Assembly (NCBI GenBank): GCA_013265495.1
Contig: MU058198.1
Span: 1,500,419-1,564,418 of the forward strand
Length of the DNA: 64,000 bases
Direction of reading: 5' to 3'
Source of the DNA: Vicugna vicugna
Taxonomy: Eukaryota
In this document: piece after piece, positions 1 through 14,500 of the stretch
Position numbering within the stretch: position 1 is the first letter of the stretch
How the letters are laid out: each line of letters starts with the position of its first letter
Notes under the pieces: model-generated
The model's input: only the letters and a program-made list of their open reading frames with translations
Databases searched by the model: none
Told to the model about the DNA's origin: nothing
Program-made: the position numbers and the translations under genes

Positions 1-859
1 TTACTTGAAAGCCTAGAGACAGGAACTGCTCAGTTTACGCTACAGCAAGATCAGCCTCCAGGTTTTCGCCTTCAGCCTCAGCGCCAAATTCTTCTGCTTC
101 TCTCTTTCCCTCCCTCCTCCTCTGCTCATCAGCATCCAGCCTCCCTCTTCCCCTGTGCCAGCCCCAGCTGCTATTCCTGGGGACGGGCCTGGCTGCCTGC
201 CCGGCTCCGGGCCTGAAGCTGGCTCTGCTGGGCTGAGGGCAATCCCAGAGGTCGTGGTCCCTATGGATGCTCTGGCTCCACAGAGAGCCAGAGAAGAGAG
301 GCCGGGAGGCTGCTGCTGTCTTAGGCAGTTCTATGGAGTGAGGACCAGGCAAGTCCTCTCTGCCAGGACTTACTATCTACCTCTGAGACAGAACCACCTC
401 TTACGGAACAGAATCCCCATGAAGGGCTAACCACACAAAGACACAGTGCGAATGGAGACAGGAAAGGAGAAAGGAGCGTGAACCAGTGTTATGGAAAGAA
501 AGGTGGAGGGACTGATGAGAGGAACACAGGGCTGTATGCTTCATATACACCATCACCTCAAACCTCACCACCACCTAGCTTGTCAGGGCTCTTACTGATC
601 AGGAAACTGGGGTTTCTTAGCCACTAAGCAGTGGGACTAGGAAATAAAACCAGTCTGTCAGACTCCAAAGTCTACCCAATGGGAAGGTTTCACAAAGATG
701 GGTCTTGTTCTGGTCCTTCAATGACTGGAAGCGTGGAGTGGAAAGGAAGGAGGCAGAGGGCCAATCTGGTTGGTCCAAACTGAGAGAGGATTTTAATGAG
801 AGAGGAAATGTTTATTAATAGCAGCATCTTTTAAATTATATATATATATGTGTATTGAG

Positions 860-1050
860 AAGATTGATGTGACTTGTCACATTTGACACACTGTAACTCC
901 ACGAAGAAGATAATGCAATCTTCAGTTTACAGAGGGGGAAACTGAACAGAGTTTAAGGGATTTGGCCTGCGATCACACAGCCAGTCTATAAAGGAAAAGG
1001 GATTCAAAAGCCCAGGCAGTCTGACTCTGAACTTGCCATTCTACATCACT
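860..1050 (-). mobile_element. MIR SINE fragment
   Basis: TTTACAGAGGGGGAAACTGA...GATCACACAGCCAGT...GGGATTCAAAAGCCCAGGCAGTCTGACTC resembles the MIR core. Confidence 0.6.
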
Positions 1051-4000
1051 GGCCTCACGACTTGCTGTTCTCGGCTGTGATGTATGCCGGGATACACCCT
1101 TCCCCTGAGGAGAGGACGACGGCCCAAGAAGAAAAGACACATTATCAACACCTAAATGCACTCCAGAGGCACTGAGTCACCAGGAATAGAGCAAACTCCC
1201 AGGAAGCCTTCGGCTCCGGTCTGGGACCTTCCCAAGCAGCGTGTGCCTCTGATCAAGTCACTTAGCCTCTCTGAGTTTCTGTGATCCCGACATTTAAGTC
1301 CTTCCACCAAGTCTAATACTGTGGGACTCCCTTCACTTTTTGGCATCCGAAGAGGCTGAAATTCTGAATTTGTATTTTGCCTCCTGAGTGAACAGCTCTC
1401 ATACCTCTTGCCCAAGCCTGTTAGAGCCAAGGGAAAACAAGAAAAGTCCAAAAGGAGCCAGAAAGCAGGGGAACTCCGATCTGAACAGGAGGTAAAAGAT
1501 CACACTGTTTTTGCAGCCTTCCCTCTCCTCATCATCTTAGTTTGATCTCCGCAAGGTCAGAAATAGGCCCTGACATACAGAAAACAGACCAGTGCAAGCT
1601 GGCTCACTGCTTCAGCTGGCTGGGGCCGGAAGCTCACTCCAAGGAATGCTGTGTTGGCTGCTGACGGGGAGCCTGTCACCCAAGGAACAGCCTTGTGAAA
1701 CGAGGAGCTAAAACACAGAGAGCAAATGCTGACAGTGTCGGCAAGACACTCGAGATCTACTCTGAGATTTCCTTGAGAGAAGGGACCAGTCCAATCCACC
1801 CCTCCCATTCTGTTCCCATCCAGTGTCTATTAAGAAGCAAGAAGCCACTGAGAGATCCTGGTGTTCTATGTATTAGCAAGAAGAAACCCATCTTTCCAAG
1901 TTTCACCCAAACGGTTTGCACAGCTAGTTGGGTGCATGTTTTTACTGCTTACTGTATATGCCAGTCACCTAGCTGCCAGGGGCTGAAGCGGCTGTACTGG
2001 CAAAAGCTACCCCCTGGGGGAGCCTCAAAGCAAGACCACAAGAGCCTCTTGATCCCAACTGGCAGCTGCAGACACTGAATGACCTGAGAAAAAGATGGGA
2101 AATGGGTGGTGCCCGTTTATAAGCTACTTCCTAGAGAGTAAACTTGCAAAAATAACAAGGAGGAAAGACTGAGGGAATACTTTAAACTCGCTGTCATTCG
2201 GAACTTGAGACTTACAAGATCACCTTTGGAGACTAGGTCTTACCCAGAGCTTCCCGGGAGGAAAGCTGTTCCCTCTGCCAAAGCAAACGAGACCCGTCTG
2301 CTGCTGTTTTCACGCTTGTACAAAACTTTTTGTCCTAAAATGTACTGCAAGCCGCGAGCTCAGACAGCAGTTCCAGTTAGGGATGCGTAGGAACACATGA
2401 CTTTCTACATCAACCAATCTCAAAAGCGTAAAAGAAAAGAGGAGCAAAGGCAGAGAGGGAGGAAGGAAAGACAAAATCTTTTCAAAAAGAAAATAAGCCA
2501 GTTGGTTTTATTTCTGTAAAATAATCTTAGGTCACAAGACTGAGACCAGCCAGCTCTGTACGAAGTAATTTTTTTCTTTTCTTTTTAAAGGATTCTCACT
2601 GTTCCTTACCTTGCATACTTCAAACATACTAAAAAGAATATATGCGCAGTTGAGGCCTGAGGACTGAAGCCAGGGGGGCTGGCCAGAGCAAATGTGACTT
2701 GCCAAACACAACCAAGCCAACACGCACTCACACTGTAAAGGTTCCAAACACCGAATGATCAAGCACATTTGGTCTCTGGGCTCCAGAGGTGAGCTACATG
2801 TTTAATCCCATACGACTCAAAATAACCAAAAAAGAGCTCAATTATTTTACTGACCCACACTTGGAATATTTTTTGCTGTCACCATTGATCTGGACAGGTC
2901 TGACTAACCACTGACGTGCAAAGTGAGCAGGTGTCACTAAGGGGCACCACATTTCTAGACTGGCCACTCTCTTTGCTTCTGCTCCAGCTTTTTCATTCCC
3001 TTTACCTGTTTAAAACCAGAGGGCTGCCTTGGATTTGAGCTTTATGGTAAAAATGGTCTGCCTGTTACATTCTTTACCTCCCATTTTCGCTTGGAGCTTG
3101 TCCTCAGGATACAGCCTCATTAGGCCACAGCCGACGCAGAACCACTGGTTAGGCACCGATTCCCTGCTGGCAGTTAGCATATGGATACCAGCCACCCTGG
3201 AGGTTTACCTGACATGGATAATCAGTCCTCGAACACCAAGTTACCCCATGAACTATTTACTTTTCAGCCACCTTTTGAGGAATTCAGTAGGCAGCAGTGA
3301 CTGAAAAATAGCAGGAGATGAGATTTGGTTTTCACATCTAAGTAAAAGAAAGGCAAGAAAGGAAATTGTGAAATGAGTAGAGATGAGAAAGGAACCCAAT
3401 ATAAAGATGATAAATGTCTTGGACACTTGAATGACCACAAATGTATAGATGTGGCTTCTAGAGCCACATTTCCTCTAAACTGGCTTTAGATTGATCACAT
3501 GGAAACTAATCAATTTCTTAAATGTTTGCCAATTCTAAAAAAAAAGAGAAAAAAAAAATCCAGCACCCTCACTTGTACCTCTTCCTGCACCCACACCCAG
3601 TCCAGTCCACACATCCGCACCAACAGTTCATTCTTCCTTCCATTCTCACCCATCCATAGCTGTTACTCTGCAAGCCAGTAACTCAGCAAATAGTTACCCG
3701 AACCCTACCATGTGCCACGCACTGTAAGACTTGCCAAGGAAACAGAGAAAAATAAAACCGCACAGGGCCTTGCCCCTAGGGTGAGTCGTTTGAAAAAAAA
3801 AAAAAGAAGAGTCCAAATTCATTAAGGCCACATTTACCAGTTTTTTTTCCTAGCGGCCCATGACAGAAGCTGACTGCTGGTGCACAGCAGACAGGAAGAG
3901 GAAGAAGCACAGAATAAAGACTTGTTCAGTAAAAGAATATGTTTTCAACCACATCAGTAAGCTGAGCAGAGAAGTGGGGCCACTAAGGCTTTCTTTCCTG

Positions 4001-4079
4001 CCGCCGAATTCAAAAGCGTTACATAGTTATTCTGTAAAATTTAGAAAATACGGAGAGGCATAAAGAGGGAAAAAAGGTC

Positions 4080-4760
4080 TCCTAACATCCCACTACCTGC
4101 AATTAATATTTTGGAGTGTAACCTTTCAGTCCTTCATATGAGCACATATGGATGGCACACGCAAACACATGCATGTACATATTATACACACTGAACTTTT
4201 AAACAAAACTGGGTCATACTGTACATTCTATTTCGCCAACTTTTTCACTGAACACTTTTTTATATAAATCTTCTCTCATCAAATGCTTTTAAAAGAGCAG
4301 CAATTCAATGGCCGTACTGGTGTCACCACTAACACACCAGCTATTTCACATAACCCATGGACTATTTATAGCCTACTATTCAACCTGTCAAAAATTTGGT
4401 GCTGCACTGCAGAGGGGTTGCAAAAAGGTTGAGACTCTCTGTTAAAACATATCTGATAGTCGGGTCTTCCACTGATAATTTGTCAGTTTAATCTCTCAAT
4501 GTTGGACATTGAGCTTGCTTCCAGCAGTTCACTCTTATTAGAAATACCCGGATAATAAACAGAACATGCAGCTAAAATTCAGCACATTTATAATTATTTC
4601 CTGAGAATAAACTCCTAGAAGTGGATCAACAGATCAAAGACTATGCAAAAAAAAGACATATTATATATATAATCCAATCTGAATTCACCAAACAGTAGTG
4701 TCAACTTACGGCTGTCAGGGAGTGTTTTGGGAATGTGTACTTCTCCCAATATCATCTTAT
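4080..4760 (-). mobile_element. Old L1 (L1ME-like) 3' relic
   Basis: Degenerate AT-rich L1M 3'-end phrases, e.g. GTTGGACATTGAGCTTGCTTCCAG and ATTTCCTGAGAATAAACTCCTAGAAGTGG. Confidence 0.45.
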
Positions 4761-5334
4761 AACATTCAATTTCTTTAAAAAAAAAAGAAAAAATCTTACC
4801 AAAAGCACTTTAAGACATTATATTTAAGGAAAAATATCAAACCAGCAAAGGAGGATGGAAAAACAAGTAAAGAGAGAGACCATTTGCTTTACTATAAGTG
4901 ACATCAAAAGACTGCAAATCCAACAATATTGGCTCCGAGGATTTCAAAACAGTGTTATTAAATGATAGGGGGTGGGGTGCAGAGTAAGGGGCAGAAAGAG
5001 ATTAACCATAAGGATATCTTTCAATTATAGCTAAATTTTCCCAATTTCTTCTTTCAAAAGGAAAATCAAGCTTCATGCCCCCACCACCACCACAAAAAAG
5101 AAAATGCACATCTTAAGGTCTAAAAAACAACAGTCCCTCTACCATAGGTTTAGCATACGGGGAGAAGGGTCTGACCCACGGAATAGAACTTGAGTGAACC
5201 ACTGTCCCAAGGGAGCCAGAGACCCGTTCAAAATGGAACTGTGGCACCCCTGAAATGGTTAACAGGCTGGCTTTAGCCCATGACTTCTTATGCGGCTTTC
5301 TAGCTTCAGACTGGACCAAAGGATATTACTGCTT

Positions 5335-5870
5335 GCAGCAGAGATTTGTCTGCCCCTGAGCATCCAGGTGGCTACCCAACGTTCACTCCAAGATCCCCTC
5401 TCCCTCACTCTTGGCCATGTCGTTGGGTGGGGCTCATAATGGACTATGTGCTCCAAGCCCATCACAGCCTCCCATGCCCCTGGCTTCAGTGACTGGGTTA
5501 GGGATATGCAGGTGACCTGAGCCAGACAGAGTGAATCTGAGCACTGAAAGCAAAGTAGGTTGAGCTGTCACAGTCATCTTACCAGAAAGAACACCAGGGA
5601 AAGTAATACTGCCCACCAAAGGGTCACTGTGAGGACTGAACAGTCCCTTCTTACCAGAGTGGTCTCAATTCTAATGCTTATGAGAACCAAGAATAAAATC
5701 ACTGCCAGGAGACAAAGAGAAAATCAGTGCCAAAGGCATTATTTGCACCGAGATTCCAACTATACCTCAAGTCAGATAAAAGCCTGAACTTCACAGTTAC
5801 ATGAGCCAATAAATTCTCCCTTTGCATATAAGCCAGATGCCAAGTTTTCTGTCACAACAAAAATAGTCCC
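5335..5870 (+). mobile_element. MaLR LTR (MLT1-like)
   Basis: Starts TGCAGCAGAGATTTG; ends TTCACAGTTACATGAGCCAATAAATTCTCCC...TTTTCTGTCAC, typical of MLT1 3' ends. Confidence 0.6.
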
Positions 5871-7339
5871 TTTCAAGACATAGCTGTGTCACTCAGATCT
5901 CTTCTACTCACAGAGACTCACCACGGTCAAGACCAACTTACTAGGCCACAGTTTCAACCCAATATATCAGGGGGAACCTTAGCTGAACACCAGGACCAAT
6001 GATCCCAAACTCGAGCAAACTGTAAAATTCCACTGTAACTGGGTGGGCCATGAGGCTGCTATTTAAAAGATGGTATGATTAATGAAGCAAAAAGAACCTT
6101 GCTGGTTGCAATTTTTACAACCTTAGGCCTCCTTCAAGCAGCTGTGCGCAGAGCTCTTAACAGCTGCTTTATTCTACTGTATATACATTTCCTGTCATCG
6201 TCAGGTTCCCAGGCAGGAACCGCCTCCCAGCACTCAGACACCACGTGAAAGGCTGTCAAGCAAGAGCTCCTGGAAGTCTTTCTCCATGCAATAACATGAT
6301 TAATCTTCTGACTGAAATAGGTATTTGATCTAAACCACATCCTATGAAACTGAAAGACCAGACCTGACCAGAACTTGGCTACCCTCTAGGTTTCAATTAC
6401 TACTACCGAAACAATTTCTCTTTGGTTTCAAGCACTGAAGAGCCTATTTAGAAAGTACTCAGGTTTTGAAGACGGTGACAGGAAATGCTAATGTTTGTGT
6501 GTCTTTATTGGAAATACATTCCCACCCCAAGGTTCAGGCTTTTGCTTTTTTTTAAACAGTTACTTATTTCACAAATGTGCATTCATATGGCACGAGGCCA
6601 AAGGGTACATTAACATGTATACAGATACGCAGATAATTAAATAATAGAGCTCTATACCTGGTGGCTGGCATCGTGGTATTCAGGCTTGGCAAAGGAAGAT
6701 ATCTGATGATTCCAGCCCAGTTCCTGTCCACTTCCCGCCCATAATGACCTGACAAAATTGCCACCACCTAATGGCCATCACAATGCTGTCTGTTAAAACT
6801 CTGCCCTAGCAGCTGGGCTCTATTTGAAAAAGAAACAAACAACAAAAAAACCAATATGAGAAAATCGTAAAATAAAGCAGCAGTGTCAGAAGTTCTTTGG
6901 TCATGAATACCTTTGAAAATTTGAAGACAGTTTCGACCCCAGAATAAATTGCACATATACACATACACTCAGACTCAAACTTTGCATCCCGTGACTGGAG
7001 GGGTCCATGAAATTACATGCAGCTTTTCTGAATCACATGAGGGTTTTACCTGCACTGCAACCGCATTCCTTCCCTTCACTCAAAACCAACTGCAGAGACT
7101 GTGGCTCCTACAGCCATTCCAGTGCAGCCTTGCACCTTCTGGGAAGGACAGGACACACTCTGGACACAGAATACCTGGATCTGTACAGCCCAGCTCTACC
7201 TACTCCCCAGCACATACTGAATCACTCTGCACCTGTTTTCTCACCTGAAAACTGGGACAATCAAAGGGTCACTGTGAAGAACAAACGGCTCCTTCAAGTC
7301 AGATGGGTCTCGGTTCAAACGCTGAGATGCGTCCCCTGT

Positions 7340-7560
7340 CCAACCAACTGAAGTGCCATCTCCCTCTTACCCAGCCCACTATTTTACTTCTTCACACCAT
7401 ACTACTCTCTGAAATTCTTGTTAACTTATTTACTGTCCGCTCCCCCTGCTAGAAGGTAACTGCCACAAGAGCAGGGATTTAATCGTATTCACCATTTTGT
7501 CCCGTGCACCGAAGCCGTGTCATGTAAGCAAGTGTTTGTCAAATGTCTACTGAATGAACA
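7340..7560 (+). mobile_element. L2 3' end
   Basis: CTAGAAGGTAACTGCCACAAGAGCAGGGA...TGTTTGTCAAATG...GAATGAA. Confidence 0.55.
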
Positions 7561-10208
7561 ATAATCACTGATATTTAATGAGCACTTCTGTACACAGCTC
7601 GAATCTGTGCACTTTAAATGTATGTATTTCCAATAAAGACACACATACATGACTGAATAAATGAGTCTGACACACTTAACACTGTCCCTAGCACATAGTT
7701 AGTTCTCAATAAATGACAGCTATTGATATCAATTCTAATTATGTGATGTTATCAAATACTCAACAGTAAAGGGATCTGAGCCCTAAGGATATAAAGTGAA
7801 CTTAATTTCACCTCTCAAGAGCTGGTTCCTAAGGTCCAATTTCTCCTGGACTCCTCTTCTCCCAATACTCTACTACCTTTAAAAAGAAAGCAGGAAATTG
7901 TCTCAATGTTCCAATTATTCCTTACCCCCATCACTTATCAGATAATGTGATACAAACACAGCCAGCAGTATACAGTTCCCATCTCTCTTCACTCCACAAG
8001 CTAATTTTCACCTCAAACACAGCAAAAGCCAAAATTTGAAGCTGAAATTGGGAGATGTTCATCCTGTTGTGCCTCTTTTTCACCTGCACCTCAGTCCCTT
8101 GGAAAAAAATCACATAATAATGGAAATCGCTCTCCTTTTAGCAAGGGTGGACGTCCAGACAGTTTATTTAAGCCACAGCCATGCAGCAGTCTAGGAAGCT
8201 GAAAACATTTGCCAAGCAGGTGAACCCCAGTGGAAAAACCTTCCGGTGCTGGTCTGAACTGCCTCTTCTCTACTTCGAAAAACAAATGAATCACATTTAA
8301 GGTGTCTAGAGATGCAAGGGCAAAGGCCAGCAGCTTTTCTGCATACTGCACAGTGAGCATGAAGAACTCACCGCCAGTTTTACACTTCTTAAGATATCTT
8401 GTTCCACTGAAGTATTTTCTAAAATTCGCCTGATGACAGATTGGCTTTTAACCCTGAGGGATGAAGCACAACCTTGTACAAAGAGAATAACGGATGTGGA
8501 CCATCAAGGTCCTCCATCTCTTCAGAACCCCCCGAGACAATGGGCTATGTTTCATGCAACGGCAAGAAAAGACCAAGAACTGAAGTCCTAATCAGGGCTT
8601 TCAAAGTCAGACACGCTTGCCAAGAAAGCAAAGGGCAGATTCCACCTCCACTGGCTGGCAGGCCCACACGTTCTGTCGAGCCGTGTGAAACAGCCAGTTC
8701 TTGCCCTCCCCACCCCCGGGCCCAGTATTTGCGGGTAGCAACACCAGTGACTTTTCTAGGAGACTGTTTCATAAAAATAGAGCTTCCAATTTTAGGTCTA
8801 AAACTGAAAAGAAAAATAGCCAGAAGTAGAAGTCTGTTTTAACACAATATATTGAAAATTACAAGTTTAAGTGCTGGTAGTTGGGGACGGGGATCACACC
8901 ACCACATGACTTCCCAGTGAGTCATAAAAAACAGCGCAGGCTTGTTTAACAGTGGATACCCACCGGTAACAGTGCTAAGAAGTGAATGTGTCAGACAGAT
9001 GGAAGACTAACCTGACACTCCTTCTCCACTTGTTTTAGCAGGGGCAGGACTGACACAAATTAACTACAGCAGCAATTTACAAGATAAATGTTAATAAACC
9101 TCTTTGGAGGCTAGTCAAAGAGGAAACGTTTGAAACCCTGAATATGATTCATTTTTCAGCAGTTTAAGAGGGGGAAAAAAACCCTCTAAACTATTAATAA
9201 ATCACTAACTGAAACATTTCAGGATTTCTAACACCTATTCTTGATTAACATACCTTTGTGTCAAAAGCAAAAGCCAAGTGCCAGCATTTAACAACAAGCT
9301 GCTACCCTTTCAGTTATGAGAATCAGTGGAGCTAGATGAGAACAACAAAAATTAATCTTCAGGCCTAGATGGATACTGTCTTTGCTAATAAGGTAATAAA
9401 GACCTCCCCAAAGGGCTTCTGGGTACCATAAATTATATAACAAATCCACTTCTGCCAAGCAGCCAGGATTAACTCCTATTCATCCAGGGTACGACTCATG
9501 TCACCAGTGGGCTTATCAAAATGGAAGAGTCATTATCCACCACTGCTCACTGCACATCAGTTTGCTGACATCAACTACTCATTACGAAAGAAGTCACTTA
9601 ACAATCTTAAAACTCTTGACACTTGTTCCTCCTAGACAAATTTTTTTTCAAAAAAACAGAGAAGAAAATATTTCATTAACTTCTCCCCCAGTAAGTCCTT
9701 CTGACTGATTTTTTTTAATTGTCTATGATGACACTGTATTATAATAGACAATCATTTCCACTACTCATTCAAGGCCTGAATGCATTATACATTATTTACT
9801 CCTATGGAACATAAACACTCATGGCTCCTAAGCAAACAGTTAAAAATGGCAAGCACAGAAGAGAAAGGTTGCAGTTTAGTGAGGGCATCTTGGATTTAAG
9901 TTCCAAGAAGGCAGGGAATGTGTATGGTAACGTGAAAAGGGCTAACTGGCACCTAACGCTTTCTCAATTCAAACTTGTGTTTTACTCTTTCTCAAAATTA
10001 AGGATAATGCTTCTCAAGTCAACTTTTTAAAGATATAAAGTTTAAACTGCTTCTTTCAGAAAAAACTATACTACAATAGAGAGAGCTTTTTTGTTTAGTA
10101 TGCTAAGTCTTTCCATCTCTACAAAATGAGGGCTTGAACTAGACCCATGTCTTTCAGACTTTAACTACAACCTTCAGTGAGAAACACATGTTACATCCTG
10201 GCCAAATG

Positions 10209-10268
10209 CACACACACACACACAAACATATACATACACACACACACACACACACGTGCACACACACA
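10209..10268. repeat. Interrupted (CA)n microsatellite
   Basis: Direct observation. Confidence 0.9.
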
Positions 10269-10589
10269 ATTCAAAAGTTTCATGAAGCAATATATACCCT
10301 CACTCTAGTGAGGGTATATTTTTTAAAATTTGGTTTTTAATTGTTGGTTATAATCCACTGATTAGATATGACTCATAGTAAGAAAATCTCAAGATCAAAC
10401 TTAAAGTTTCCCTTCAATATCTTTATTGTGCCAGACACAACGCTAGGCATTTTACAGCTGTGACAGCAGTCCATGCCCAGATTACCACCCCCAGATTACC
10501 CCTACGAGGGTACTCTTGATACCCCTATTTTACAGATGAGGAAATAAGCTCAGAAATAAAATGCCTTATTCAAGTCCCTACACTGCAGC

Positions 10590-10915
10590 ACAGACAGAGA
10601 ACCTCACCAAACACTCCATCAGCTCCCCCAGCTTCCCAGCCTCTTTTCAGTTAGGTGGGAAATGAGTCTATTTCTGGCCAAAGGGCTGTAGACAGATGTT
10701 CATGTGTCACTTCCAAGCCCAAGCAGAGAACTGGCGGATGACACCCCAGCCATCTCTTCCCTTGCCATGATGACCAAGACAGCAGAGGTGGCACACCACA
10801 CGACTGTAGAACCCAATCACGTGGGTCTCCGAGCGACTGTATGGAGCAGAGCACCCTTCAGCCTACAATCCGTGTGGGACATGCAAGCAATAAACTTTCA
10901 TCGGGTTATGCCAGT
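10590..10915 (+). mobile_element. MaLR LTR (MLT1-like)
   Basis: TTTCTGGCCAAAGGGCTGTAG...GTGTCACTTCCAAGCC...GCAATAAACTTTCATCGGGTTATGCCA. Confidence 0.55.
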
Positions 10916-10959
10916 CTTTGAAAGCTCTAACTCCTGAATATCTACCCCTCCTCAGTAAG

Positions 10960-11540
10960 TTTACAGTTTAGGCCCCTGCCATCTTTACTGCAGCATTCTC
11001 ACAAATTGTTTACCTGCTTCTGAGATTGCTCCCTCCAATCTCTCGTCCACACTGCCACTGGAGCGATCTTTCTAATACACACATAGCCCATGTAAGTACT
11101 CAAAATTATTGAATCGTTCCCCTTCACCTACAACATAAAATCCAACTTCAGTAAGGCATATAAGGCCTCAACTACTGTCACTTTACCGCTCTCATTCCAC
11201 ATCCTTCAGGCATACTGAAACATCTGCCATTCCCAAGAAGCCGTGGCCTCTCGTGCGCCTGTAGTTTTACATGTACTGTTGCCTGTGCTTGGAATGGCTC
11301 TTCACTCTCTAGTCTTGGTCTTTCAAGCCCAGCTCAGGTTTCCCATAGGACTCCTCTCATGATGCATTCAGGTTGACCCAGACCCCCCTCTGCCCCTTCA
11401 CACCTTCATTCATAGCACTGACATTTTGGGACAGATTTTACAACATTTTCTGTTTGTTGTTAGGTCTGTTTTCTTACCACACCATAAGGTCCTTAAGAAC
11501 AAGGTCCACAAAAGGCACTCCAATCTATTGGAATGAAAAA
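10960..11540 (+). mobile_element. L2 fragment
   Basis: TCCACACTGCCACTGGAGCGATCTTTCTAA...AAAATCCAA...CTGTTGCCTGTGCTTGGAATG; L2 ORF2/3' phrases. Confidence 0.55.
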
Positions 11541-14500
11541 CTGGCAACACATAAACAAATACATTTATTTTCCCTCAAACAGCATATATCCAACCCTAGG
11601 TCTGGCCTTTAAGAAAAACTCAGAGTATACATACTTTACTTTGAGTACAATGGAAGAGAATCAAGTTTGGAGGCCAAATTTTTCTAGAAGACTTACAAGA
11701 CTAGTTTGGAGTTTCAGAAGTCCTCTGAATGATCCACATTCTGTCTGGGGAAGCTGGTTTTCTGCTCATATATGTTTTACTTGAAAACTACATAGTCTGG
11801 TTCTCCTTAGAAAACAGACTATATCTGTTTGGAAACCTTGAGTACTACTAAAAGTGTGTTTTAAAAAGTTTTGTTCTGTTAAGCTGCTATTTGTTATCAA
11901 AATCTATTTTGCTTAATTAGCCTGAGTCAAAGGTACTAAATACTGGAGAGTTCAGAACTTGTTGAGTGAGTCAATTTAAGCATTGTATGCAAATAGCAAA
12001 GCTACAAATCAGAAAGAGAAGGAACTCAGGCCAAACTGCTCAGAGGGAAGGAAAAGCTGTTTCCTTCCAAATGGGGGAAAAGCAAATAGAAAAGATTTTA
12101 CCTGTTGCTTAACTTTTTATCATTTTTCTGCTAGGCCAAGGAATGGTTTTGCACCGGAAACTTAGAAAAGCAAATGCTCTGATAAACTGAGTAATTCTGG
12201 TTCTTTAACTAGGGAGGTTTAAAGTAAAGGGTTAAAGTACACATTGTTTTTTTTTACTTGAAGTTACCACGAAAGTTCAAATTTCCAACATCCTGAAAAG
12301 ATTTTATTTTAGAAGTGAAAAGACTGTAAGATGAATTCAGATGAATTAAAAGGTTAGTCTACCACAAGAACACCAAAGTGGTGCTGGAAACATGTAAGAA
12401 TGGCCTGAAAAGGTTTCGAACTCTACCACTATGTTTGCACATCTTTCATTCTGACTCAAAATGATATTTTATCTTTTTAAATGTGCTTCTTCTTCTGTGA
12501 CGATCATATTACCATGGAAATAATTATCTGTATGCCTAGGAAAGACTAGTTTTTTTTTTTTAATGTGGCTTTCATCTTTAAAGCCCAACACTCAGCTGCC
12601 CACAAGAGATCTTAATCAAGACTTACTGATCAAATGGCAATTTCCCAAGAAGAAAGCGAAATAACCTCACTCTAGCTTTGCAAATCCTAGTCTATAGACC
12701 AAAGGTAAATGTCACAGCCCCTGCACATCCCCATTCAGAATTTCTGCAGACTCATTGGCAATTATCCATAAATAATGACTTACCTCTGCACCAAGGGAAA
12801 CGGACTCTGTCAAAAACCCAACATCTACCCTGAGTAGGGTGGCTCTTGTGAATCTGTGCAAAGGGTGAATGTCATGCATGTCATGAAATAGATTTAAGTG
12901 AGAAAAGAGATTTTTACTCTTGCAGAATATAGCCTTGAGTACAGGCTTTTTCCCTTTCTCAATGAGCCAAATAACACAGGTCACCACTTCTCTTGGAAGA
13001 CAAGATAAGCATGAATGACAAAACCAAAATTTACAAAGTTTGAGAGCCTGTGGCTTGGAACATTAGATTCCACCTAAGGTGGGAATCTGGGTTTCTCATT
13101 ATGAAGTCATGTAGGAACTTTGTATTAAATAAATAAAGGAGGAAGAAAAAATCTTGAGCAACATCACTGTCACCATTTTGTTCTATTTTAACCTAATCTT
13201 GACTAGATAACACACAGCTCAGAAAGATAACGGACTTGGAACCATCTTTACGGCAATTTTTAAAAACTACAATTTGCAACATTAAACAATTTATCACAAG
13301 GAGCTATACCAGATGCGTGACCCTTTATGCTAAGGTAATTACAGAACAAAATCACTTGCAGAACAGAGGCTAACAACCAAATGTAGATAATGAAAGATGA
13401 CAGTGTTAAGATACACAGAAAATGTCAAGGGAACACAGGTAATTAACACTTAAAAAATCAAGAAACCAGCTTTCTGGGCTCCTATTACGCAACTGAGATT
13501 TCATTTTTATTCTGGGTTTTGCTTGAAGAGAAAGCACCTCCCACAATAGTTTATTTCATTTCTACCACTGCTCATTTTACTTCTCAAGACCCCCACTAAT
13601 TCTGTGTCATGAGCAAGATGACAAAAAGTGAGATTTTAAATAAAGCTTGCCTCAGAGTTATCTTCATTTTAGGGCACACATCATACTATACCTTTCAGTA
13701 TTACCAGCAAGAAGTAATGTACAGATCACTAAGATGGGGCAGAGTCTCGACTTTCCAGGACCCAGAACACAGGAACGGGCCCACATTCAAGAGAGGGGGC
13801 GTGGCTTTTTCTCCCTCCCCAGAACAAACCAAAACCTAACTCCTACTTTGGCGTTCCAACACCAAAGAGTGAAAGGAACTAAAGATCAATCCAGGTTTTG
13901 AGGAAACTGCTAGAACTGAAAGAGGAAGCAGTATTACTCATTTCTTATTAAAAAAAAAAAAGCTACCACTACTAACATCTATAATAACTTAAATTCTACA
14001 CAACTTACTTATGGGTATTTTCACCATGAATGCACAAACATAAATTTGTCAGTTTGCTGGAGTTTGGCAAGTTTTTAAAGCCACTCAAACTTAGACCTGC
14101 TCTATTGTGTCCATCACCACAGAGACTTAAGGAGGGTGTGGCACTGCACTTGAATTACTGAATCTTAGAACTTACAAACTTCAGCCATTCCTACACGACC
14201 TTTATGACCTTACATATCCATTTACCATGATAATACTGTTCCCTAAGGCTTTTCTTAAAATCTTAAAAAAAAATCATATCCACTTTAATATCATCCATGA
14301 AGTCACAGGTATAATATGCTAGTTGTTCTCATTAATACACATTAAAATATAGAACCAATAAATGCAAAGTATTCACGCAGCAAAAATCATCTCATGTACC
14401 ATTAATAGCACAAAAGCACACCCTTGCATGCTCATTTCAGCAGCACATATAGTAAGAATGTAATCAAACCCACACTTTGGGAAACAGTGATTTGGTCCCA

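Noticed and set aside
35..430. Overlapping ORFs 35..352 (-) and 155..430 (+)
   Set aside because: Purine/pyrimidine-skewed low-complexity sequence; no recognisable domain and no resemblance to the DCUN1D3 protein.
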